Origin: a virus
Lineage: Duplodnaviria; Caudoviricetes
Virus record (IMG/VR): IMGVR_UViG_3300020161_000515
Location: 14,409 to 78,408 of that record
Length of the DNA: 64,000 bases
Direction: 5' to 3' (one strand)
In this document: positions 57,028 through 64,000 of the stretch, in pieces
Layout of the letters: each line of letters opens with the position of its first letter
How positions within the stretch are numbered: position 1 is the stretch's first letter
Notes under the pieces: generated by a model
What the model was told of the DNA's origin: nothing
Databases searched by the model: none
Seen by the model: the letters and a program-made list of their open reading frames with translations, nothing else
Program-made: the position numbers and the translations under genes

Positions 57028-57055
57028 AGTGGTTAGTAATTGATTACTAACCACT
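57028..57055. other. Perfect 13-bp inverted repeat after the capsid gene
   Basis: agtggttagtaat-tg-attactaaccact; no U-tract on the minus strand. Confidence 0.75.
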
Positions 57056-57066
57056 ATACCTCGCTA

Positions 57067-58221
57067 TTAAGCAGCAGCAGTCTTGATAACCAAGAAGTTT
57101 TCTGGCATAGCGCAAGCTAAACCTTCGCGTTGGATGATACGCAAGAAGATCTTGTCTTGTGCAAAACCTACGTGCTCTGAACGAGCCATAGATAATGCCA
57201 TTCTATCACCGATGTAATAGTTTGACAAATTACCAAAGAACATAAATGGTTTACCTGCGCCAGATTCAGCAATTGTAGGCAATACTTCTGAAAGCACGAT
57301 TGGGTAACCCCAAAGTGTTCCAGGAGTGCGTAAATCACCAGAATCGTCGGAGAAGATATACTCACCAGTACCAGAATATTTTAATTTTCTGATAGCGTTA
57401 AGTACAGTTCTGTGCATGTAGAAAGCAGCGCCTTCTGTTGAGGCAGGGATCATTGTGGTTGTTATATCAGCCAACATATCCGCAGTCAAGTCTGTGAACT
57501 GAGTTTTACCTGCAGGCATCACGAAAGTATTGACCGCTGGATCGTAGAACACACCGTTGAACGGATCACCTAATGCTGTGTTACCTTTGAAAATAACACG
57601 ATCTTCTTCTTGCATTAACGCTCTAGCGAATAGCATAGAGATTAAGTTTGCAATCGGAATAACACTGTCCGATAACAGTTCAGAAGTAATTGGAACTAAT
57701 GCCGCCAATTTCTTGACGATCATTCTGAACTCACCAAAAGATGGTTGAGTTTGCGGAATGGTTTGACCCTCACCGATCCAAAATACTTGCACCCCGTTAA
57801 GCAACTTAGGCATTGTGATCTCTTCACGCGGAATCGGAATAACCGTACAACGTGGACGAGCAATACCATAAGTATTGAACAGCGTAATTAAACGAGATGT
57901 AACTTCGACAGGAACTAAATAGCCCCCTTCTGAGTCAACACCTTCGGTTAAATCTTTTACCATTGCATCATTGCGTAAAAAGATACCTTTACACAAATCC
58001 ACAAAGTTTTTGGCGTCTGCCTTATTTGTAAAACCTACGTTACCGTTAGCATGTGGCAAAATAAGTTCTTTACTGTTAGCAAGCGTCAATTTTGACTCTA
58101 AGTCCTGAACCATATTTTTCAGAAGAGCGATTTCGTCTGACTGGGTTTTGAACTGAGTTAGAGCACTTTTAACGCTAGTGCTAAATTCTTCAAAAACTTC
58201 TGCTGAGATAGATGCTGCCAT
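57067..58221 (-). CDS. Major capsid protein, HK97 family (384 aa)
   Basis: Coiled-coil delta domain, then K-DLTEGVDSEGGYLVP, WIGEGQTIP, VKKLAALVPITSELLSDS, LWGYPIVLSE and FFGNLSNY. Confidence 0.95.
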   Translation of the reverse strand: MAASISAEVFEEFSTSVKSALTQFKTQSDEIALLKNMVQDLESKLTLANSKELILPHANGNVGFTNKADAKNFVDLCKGIFLRNDAMVKDLTEGVDSEGGYLVPVEVTSRLITLFNTYGIARPRCTVIPIPREEITMPKLLNGVQVFWIGEGQTIPQTQPSFGEFRMIVKKLAALVPITSELLSDSVIPIANLISMLFARALMQEEDRVIFKGNTALGDPFNGVFYDPAVNTFVMPAGKTQFTDLTADMLADITTTMIPASTEGAAFYMHRTVLNAIRKLKYSGTGEYIFSDDSGDLRTPGTLWGYPIVLSEVLPTIAESGAGKPFMFFGNLSNYYIGDRMALSMARSEHVGFAQDKIFLRIIQREGLACAMPENFLVIKTAAA

Positions 58222-58246
58222 TTTTATTACTCCAATTATTTATTAA

Positions 58247-59656
58247 TTAAGAACTTTTCAGAAAATCGTTCAATGACTTTAATTGTTCATCTAAAGTTGC
58301 ATAGGTTTCAGTTTCAGGTTCGCCATCTTCATCAGACTGGCTCTCATCATCTTCATCAGCATTTTTCTCTTCAGAAATCTTTAGTGATTTTACGTCACTG
58401 TGGATAGAATCTAGTGTATCAGCAAGTAGGGCAAAACGCAACCTGATTACTTCATCAAACTCAACCAGAGTCGAAAGAATCTGTTTTAAAACGTCATCTT
58501 TGCTTTCTGGTGGAGTTTCGGAAGTTTCTTCGGAAGTTTCTTCTTCGCCTTCTTTTGCTTCCCACTCTTCACCTTCGGCAATAGCCTTCAATTGTGCCTC
58601 AGTGTAGTCGATTTCAAATGGCGGAGCTTTTTTGCCAGCATCTTCGTAGTGACCTACCAAATGCTCATAAACGCCTTTAGCATCAGATCCCAAAGCTTCT
58701 TTGTGACCCAATACGTCAGCCATTGCTCTTGTAACGCCTTTATATACAGCTACCACTTCTTTATCCACAATAATGTGATGCGGGTATTTATAGCTTGAAA
58801 GTTTTTCTGCATTGTTAATATCTACAAATGCGAAACCCTTTGAGTATAAACCCCAGTCGATTGTTTCTTTCTCGCCAGAACCGTCAGTGCTAGACCACTT
58901 AGCCATAGACGCCTGAGCTCTTAATGAGTCCCATGCTTTTTCCATATCAACAGCAGACTTGACGTATTTAATAACACTGTCAGGTTTTGCATCGGCAGTA
59001 AATTTAAAGAAAGCATCAATTTGATCTTGTAATGAACGCATTTTAAGATCAGCGTCAGATTCCATGATCTGTGCAGCGCCTTTGCTTAAATGTTGTTCAA
59101 CAGATTTGCGAACGATGTTTTCTTTAGCTCTCATAAGTAACGCTTCTGGGTTACTTGGAACTGGAACCGGACTGATTTCCAGTAATTCCCATGCTAACAC
59201 GATACGATCTGGCTTGACCTTGTATTTGGTCATGTCAAACATATCTTTAGTACCGTCTGGGAATGCAACTTCAAACTGATCTGGAGTTTGTTCATCAACC
59301 CACATTGATTTTTGTGGATACAAACCAACACTGAAAGCACTCATGAATCCAGAGTCATATAAACCTTTCAGTTCGTTACCTAACTCAGTATTGGCAAATT
59401 CAAACGTGAAAGAAACAGCTTCTTTAGTCACATTGATTGAAGTCACCTTACCTACAGGAACTTGCTTGTATTGATGGATAAAAAGCATAACCGGATTCTT
59501 CATAAAGTTCTCGGTTATAGCTCCTTTAGGAAGAAGGACTTCTCTATCACGATCTAGAGCAGCAGTTGAAGCAATTGCTCTGTACGTTGTAGCACCGTCT
59601 GCTCCCTTCTCAGTTTTAGACTTCTGGTCTATTGAAAAGATTAAAGAATGTGACAT
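58247..59656 (-). CDS. Prohead maturation protease, HK97 family, with C-terminal extension (469 aa)
   Basis: ASTAALDRDREV, NPVMLFIH, PVGKV, FSVG (Ser) and ELLEISPVPVPSNPEAL, followed by a KWSS...DWGLYSKGF...YKYPHH domain and an acidic tail. Confidence 0.9.
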   Translation of the reverse strand: MSHSLIFSIDQKSKTEKGADGATTYRAIASTAALDRDREVLLPKGAITENFMKNPVMLFIHQYKQVPVGKVTSINVTKEAVSFTFEFANTELGNELKGLYDSGFMSAFSVGLYPQKSMWVDEQTPDQFEVAFPDGTKDMFDMTKYKVKPDRIVLAWELLEISPVPVPSNPEALLMRAKENIVRKSVEQHLSKGAAQIMESDADLKMRSLQDQIDAFFKFTADAKPDSVIKYVKSAVDMEKAWDSLRAQASMAKWSSTDGSGEKETIDWGLYSKGFAFVDINNAEKLSSYKYPHHIIVDKEVVAVYKGVTRAMADVLGHKEALGSDAKGVYEHLVGHYEDAGKKAPPFEIDYTEAQLKAIAEGEEWEAKEGEEETSEETSETPPESKDDVLKQILSTLVEFDEVIRLRFALLADTLDSIHSDVKSLKISEEKNADEDDESQSDEDGEPETETYATLDEQLKSLNDFLKSS

Positions 59657-59668
59657 TTTAAAAACCTC

Positions 59669-61276
59669 TTATTTTATTTTAAATTCTTTCATTGTTTTAT
59701 CGGCAATGGATGAAACAAGTACATTTGCAAACTTCTGGGATTCATGTTGAACCGTATGAAGCGAAAGTTTACCATCCAATAACAGCTTTACAAAATTATT
59801 ACAACATTCTAAAGCATGATCTACATTGTATTGATTCGCAATACAGAACTTTTCTACTTCTGACGACACGATAGATTCAAACTCAGCAATCCATCGTTTT
59901 TTATTCAAAACGGGTGATCTACCTTTAATAAGGATTGCTGACCTTGAAAACTGTTTTAAGACAGTGCTTAAGAAATTTTCTAATTCTTTTTTAGGTGCAT
60001 TTTGCACATTTGACGGATTGCCTGGGTTGTCAATTGGCTTGCCAGGTTTCGGACGTCTGTTTGCTTGAGGTATCGGCTTGTTGTTGTTGCCGCCAGGACC
60101 TGCAGGAAGCTTTGGAGTGCGATCTTCAAGTTTAAAGCTGGCTAATTCTGGCAATTTAAGCAAGGTAGCCAAGTCTTTTACACCTACACCCATATCATAA
60201 TATACCTTAGCAGCATTGGCAACATCAGCAGCATCAGGTTTTAATCCATAAATATTTGACGTATCCCATTTAGCGTAAACATTAGGAAAGTTCTTTTCTA
60301 ATACGTTAACCTGGACTAAATCTAGAATCATTGACATCTTTGGAAGTAGTGTATTCTCCCAAAATATCTTACGCTGTTCTCTTGTGTTTGAGAAGTTAGC
60401 GTACTCAAATATACCTACCAATGCTGGAGGAACACCGTAAATAGAGCATATTTCCTCTCTATTAAACTTCTTACCTTCTATAAAATCAATATCTTTCTGT
60501 GATACTGTCAGTGGAGTTACTTCCATACCACCTTGAACAATCAATGCTCCGTGAGCACCTTCAATACCACTATAGTAATTAACTATCTCTTTACGAAGGT
60601 CGGCTTTCTGTTCTTTAGTTAAATTACCTTTAGCCTTCAACAATAATGGAGTTTTCATGCCTGTTTTAAAGAAACTGGAGTTCCAACCGTTGATGCTATT
60701 CTCTTGTTCTAAGCTTATTCTGGCAGCAGATAATGGACTTAAACCTGTTACTGGTACGTTAGCTGAACCTAAATCCTTTGGATTATAGTACACTATTGGC
60801 AATACTTGTTCTGGAGTGTACTTGGTTTCGCCTAATTCGTTTGTTTCTTTCCAACCAATAAGCTTGCCAGACGAACCGTTTGCTAATATTGGCGAAAGAT
60901 TGCCTTTTATATCAATCTCAGCATACTTACCATCTTTCTTTATAAATACCCAAAATACTCTACCAGATATGCCTAAATGCAGAAATGTTCTAAAAATCAG
61001 CTCTCTTAATGACGGAATAAATGGTGGCTTTGGTGGGTTAAACAGTAGTGTTGCTGGGTGTTTTGGATCCTTTATCCTGGTCTTTTCAGTCATATCAGGA
61101 CTAGAATAGAACGCTAATGGTGCGCTAGATGCTACTGTTGCGATAGTATTGATACACGCATACACCCAACTAACTCTCTCATAAGAGTTCTTTATTATGT
61201 TAGAACGCTGGTTTGCACTACCACCTTCGTCTAACCAATCCATGAATGAAAAATTTTGTTGACTGTTTCTGCTCAT
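59669..61276 (-). CDS. Portal protein, HK97 family (535 aa)
   Basis: VYACINTIA, GLSPLSAAR, NSSFFKTG, QKDIDFIEGKKFNREEICSIYGVPPALVG and FWENTLLP. Confidence 0.95.
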   Translation of the reverse strand: MSRNSQQNFSFMDWLDEGGSANQRSNIIKNSYERVSWVYACINTIATVASSAPLAFYSSPDMTEKTRIKDPKHPATLLFNPPKPPFIPSLRELIFRTFLHLGISGRVFWVFIKKDGKYAEIDIKGNLSPILANGSSGKLIGWKETNELGETKYTPEQVLPIVYYNPKDLGSANVPVTGLSPLSAARISLEQENSINGWNSSFFKTGMKTPLLLKAKGNLTKEQKADLRKEIVNYYSGIEGAHGALIVQGGMEVTPLTVSQKDIDFIEGKKFNREEICSIYGVPPALVGIFEYANFSNTREQRKIFWENTLLPKMSMILDLVQVNVLEKNFPNVYAKWDTSNIYGLKPDAADVANAAKVYYDMGVGVKDLATLLKLPELASFKLEDRTPKLPAGPGGNNNKPIPQANRRPKPGKPIDNPGNPSNVQNAPKKELENFLSTVLKQFSRSAILIKGRSPVLNKKRWIAEFESIVSSEVEKFCIANQYNVDHALECCNNFVKLLLDGKLSLHTVQHESQKFANVLVSSIADKTMKEFKIK

Positions 61277-61278
61277 CT

Positions 61279-61566
61279 TTATTTCACTATTGATAGTTTT
61301 CTAGAATAATTCGTAAATTCAGCTAGTTTTTTATTTTTATTTAGAATGTCTTGCTCTCTGTCTCTTTTTGGAATTATATTTCTTTCTTCTAGAATATTAA
61401 CAATTGCCAAAAAATCATTTATTTCCTTTGCAAGATCATCGCCGTTAGTTCTTTCAGTACCAGGGTACCCATCAGAAACTCCAAATCTAAGAACTTTGCT
61501 TGTAGCAAGACTTACTTCTGCTGCTTCTTCAGCCAAACAAATTAAAAGGTATTGTTCTTCAGTCAT
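61279..61566 (-). CDS. MazG-like NTP pyrophosphohydrolase (95 aa)
   Basis: LAEEAAEV...SKVLRFG...LAKEINDFLA: the EExxE and ExxD metal-binding motifs of the all-alpha NTP-PPase fold. Confidence 0.75.
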   Translation of the reverse strand: MTEEQYLLICLAEEAAEVSLATSKVLRFGVSDGYPGTERTNGDDLAKEINDFLAIVNILEERNIIPKRDREQDILNKNKKLAEFTNYSRKLSIVK

Positions 61567-61570
61567 TATA

Positions 61571-63091
61571 CTACCTAAAGGAACTATCTAAAACATTAAC
61601 GTTATATCCTAAGAATTGCTGCCATTCATCTTCAGACATTATCTTTTCTTCTTTCTTTTCCTGAACACCAGGAACATACTCGATTTCAGGTGGCCCACCA
61701 CCTGGATCCTCAAATGCCATAACGCAAGCATCATAATAGTCTGGTGAACGACCAAGCTCTTTCTTAATATCTTCTTTAGAGATTAACTGAATTTTACCTG
61801 TCGATGTGATCTTGTATTTCTGAACACGAAGATCCTCTTTAAGCAGATCACAAGTTTCTTCATCGTTCTCGGCTATTCGTTTTAATCCGATGTTAAAGTT
61901 ATCGAATCGGAAACGTAAAGCCCACGCCATCTCAGCACGAACGTTGGCGTACCGTTCTTTATCTATTACTGACTTATTTTCAGCATTGTTAATTGGGTTT
62001 ACTGGGTAGTCTTGTTCCGCTAACCTATCATAAACACCAGCACCGACACCAATAACGTCTATCTTGATACTGGTTACAGGCTTTTCATACTTTTCTTCTA
62101 AGTATCTGACGAACTCGATGGTCTCACCAGCAGTTTGCATCAGGTCGTTACCAGTGCGCCGCTTTATTTCAAGACCCATTGTTCCAGTCTTAGCAAACCA
62201 TACAGTTGAGTCTAAACCGGAACGTGCAACGTCAAGACCTATTTGAATATCTACACCTTCAATGCCCTCATGGTCAAACGCTGGATCAATTAAATGTCCA
62301 GGTATGACAGACATTTGTGATGAAAGAACAAACTCAGCTAAAATAAAGATCTTATATAAAGGATCGTCACGACCCCAAGCTTTTCTTCTTTTCTCAACCC
62401 AGTCGTATGATATTAAACCAGGATATAAGTTCTTTTTAGCAACTACGTTCGGAGATTCGTCAGCACAAATTTTGATAACGTTCCATGTACCAAATCTTGT
62501 CTTACGTTCTGGAATACAAATGTTTGCAAACTCTGAATCTGAGATAGCTGTGTTTGAAATAGCTAACCATCGGCAGTTTGCGGAAGTCATCAAACCTTCG
62601 GCAGCTTCCCAAAACATAGGTGGTAAACCGGCTGCCTGATCGAAGATAACAAGTTGGTTGGGTGAGTGATAACCAGTGAACATATCCATGTTGTTTGCAT
62701 CTGTGCTAAATCCTATAGCAAACTGTTCATCATTCAGCTTTAAAGATAGCTGTAAACATTCACCACCCAAAGGCATTTTGCTTCGGGCGTGCATGTTACG
62801 AATTTCTGACCACAATAGGTCACGCACCTGACGAAACGTTGGTGCAGTAGAAATAACCTTGGCTGGCTTGAAGTTGTATAGCCACCAAAGAGCCAGACAA
62901 GCTGAAATAAAAGTCTTGCCGACACCAAAAGATGCCGGACAAGCAGTTCTTTCGTGATCTCTTACAGATTCACAAAGTTCTTTCTGTTTTGACCAAAGTT
63001 TCTGACCAAGAACATTCTCGATCCACCATACAGGGTCCTTTTGAGACTTTTCTAGTAAACCTACTTTCCAGTTACTACCTTTCTCAGCCAT
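61571..63091 (-). CDS. terL: Terminase large subunit (~506 aa)
   Basis: Walker A SFGVGKT, SAPTFRQV, Walker B-like LVIFDQA, and RNase H-like nuclease GLDVARSGLDST, IDVIGVGAGVYDRL, GRSPDYYDA. The ATG at 63091 overlaps the upstream stop and is preferred over 63127. Confidence 0.95.
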   Translation of the reverse strand: MAEKGSNWKVGLLEKSQKDPVWWIENVLGQKLWSKQKELCESVRDHERTACPASFGVGKTFISACLALWWLYNFKPAKVISTAPTFRQVRDLLWSEIRNMHARSKMPLGGECLQLSLKLNDEQFAIGFSTDANNMDMFTGYHSPNQLVIFDQAAGLPPMFWEAAEGLMTSANCRWLAISNTAISDSEFANICIPERKTRFGTWNVIKICADESPNVVAKKNLYPGLISYDWVEKRRKAWGRDDPLYKIFILAEFVLSSQMSVIPGHLIDPAFDHEGIEGVDIQIGLDVARSGLDSTVWFAKTGTMGLEIKRRTGNDLMQTAGETIEFVRYLEEKYEKPVTSIKIDVIGVGAGVYDRLAEQDYPVNPINNAENKSVIDKERYANVRAEMAWALRFRFDNFNIGLKRIAENDEETCDLLKEDLRVQKYKITSTGKIQLISKEDIKKELGRSPDYYDACVMAFEDPGGGPPEIEYVPGVQEKKEEKIMSEDEWQQFLGYNVNVLDSSFR

Positions 63092-63377
63092 AAGCTTTGG
63101 TGAATCTAGACGCCATATAATTTTCACCAGTCTCAGGGTTCATCTGGAGTGTTACTTCAACATTATAAACAGGACAGTGACACCCTTCTGGAACTTCTTC
63201 AAAATTTGGACTAAATCCTATGTATTCAAACTTATTCTCAGCATAAAGAAAATCTACTTTAGTTGGAATAAAATCAAGCTCTTTAAAGACTGCAAGAAGT
63301 TCTATAAAATCAGTTTCAGTGAAGAAATGTGCATCCACATGAAACTTGCCTCTGTTTTTTCTGCTAAAGTCTGCCAT
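63084..63377 (-). CDS. Hypothetical phage protein (97 aa)
   Basis: Tightly packed between neighbours; pattern GKF...FEYIGFSPNFEEVPEG...PVY. Confidence 0.65.
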   Translation of the reverse strand: MADFSRKNRGKFHVDAHFFTETDFIELLAVFKELDFIPTKVDFLYAENKFEYIGFSPNFEEVPEGCHCPVYNVEVTLQMNPETGENYMASRFTKAYG

Positions 63378-63379
63378 TA

Positions 63380-63571
63380 TTAATCTCTTTGTCTGATAAC
63401 GATATACTGATCTTCGCCAGCGTAGAACTCACTAAGATCAGTAGGTACGTTTAAATACTGTTGAGCAACCAATACATCTGGTGCGCCATCTCCCACCTTC
63501 TTCCATGTCTGTGCCATAAGATCCTGTGATGCTGAGTCAGATTGTCTAACTCTTATTTTATGAAGTGCCAT
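63380..63571 (-). CDS. Hypothetical protein (63 aa)
   Basis: GAGGTATAGT RBS; 2-bp gap to the next gene. Confidence 0.6.
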   Translation of the reverse strand: MALHKIRVRQSDSASQDLMAQTWKKVGDGAPDVLVAQQYLNVPTDLSEFYAGEDQYIVIRQRD

Positions 63572-63595
63572 ACTATACCTCGTTATATTAAAAAA

Positions 63596-64000
63596 TTACT
63601 CATCTGGTCTATCACCATCAGCAAATCCTAACAAATCTGCCCATGTTTTTGGTGAATTACCTCCGCCAATAACATCTTGGGCTTTAGTAGTAGCCAAGAT
63701 ATTAGCCCTAACTAGCGACTCATATGCTTGCGAAAGTTGCTTTAGATCACCTACAGACGTAATAGCAAATGGTAGACCTAAGGAACACTGTTCCATGTCA
63801 TCCATCAGTTTTTGCATCTGTCCTACTAATCTGTTTCGGATTTCCCTTGACTTTTCACGATATGATTCTTCAACCATACGTTCCAAGTCTTTATTGCGCT
63901 CAAGGATCTTTTCATCCCAAGCATACCCTTCTCGCCATTGCTGTAGGTCATGTAATGGTATACCTGACTTCTGGTGAATCGGCAATAATGATCTGGTGGG
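63596..64000 (-). CDS. Probable terminase small subunit, 5'-truncated by the window edge
   Basis: The frame is open to 64000 (PTRSLLPIHQKSGIPLHDLQQWREGYAW), an HTH-like segment followed by helical coiled coil; it lies upstream of terL. Confidence 0.5.
   Translation of the reverse strand, partial: PTRSLLPIHQKSGIPLHDLQQWREGYAWDEKILERNKDLERMVEESYREKSREIRNRLVGQMQKLMDDMEQCSLGLPFAITSVGDLKQLSQAYESLVRANILATTKAQDVIGGGNSPKTWADLLGFADGDRPDE

Noticed and set aside
63092-63127. Track starts at 63127 (terL), 39026 (tape measure), 47695 and 56051
   Set aside because: Downstream ATGs give typical coupled overlaps or a better RBS, so the shorter starts were adopted.
660-63977. All plus-strand ORFs in the track (60-168 aa)
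   Set aside because: Each lies antisense to a longer, motif-supported minus-strand gene and has no recognisable motif; treated as shadow ORFs.
1-64000. tRNA/rRNA genes, tail sheath, integrase and lysis cassette
   Set aside because: No cloverleaf or rRNA signature in the short intergenic gaps and no matching protein motifs were recognised.

Overview
The window is the virion-morphogenesis (late) region of a large, AT-rich tailed dsDNA phage or prophage. Every credible gene lies on the minus strand, so the operon reads from 64000 towards 1. The order is: probable small terminase (cut by the right edge), two small ORFs, large terminase, MazG-like pyrophosphatase, HK97-type portal, prohead protease and major capsid protein, head-tail joining and neck genes, tail terminator and major tail (tube) protein. 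A ~14 kb block of fibre or appendage-like genes follows, including four tandem paralogs, and then a permuted papain-like amidase. Next come the tail assembly chaperone with a lambda G/GT-type -1 frameshift, a ~4036-aa tape measure protein, an HNH-AP2 homing endonuclease and tail-tip genes. A second adsorption block (two-gene cassettes, triple-LamG protein, 2383-aa beta-repeat protein) leads to a >=1273-aa ORF that the ORF track missed because it runs off the left edge. No sheath or baseplate-wedge genes were recognised, so a very long non-contractile tail is inferred. The most unusual observations are: (1) a ~100-115 bp structured intergenic element in three copies, in both orientations, with a conserved core and sequence-variable stems, located at module boundaries; (2) a six-member family of diverged putative receptor-binding paralogs with small partner proteins, and a perfect 66-bp shared 5' anchor in one pair; (3) modular N- and C-terminal docking motifs shared among many appendage proteins; (4) a Walker B Glu->Gln change in the large terminase. 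Product calls come from motif recognition and synteny only; no database search was run.
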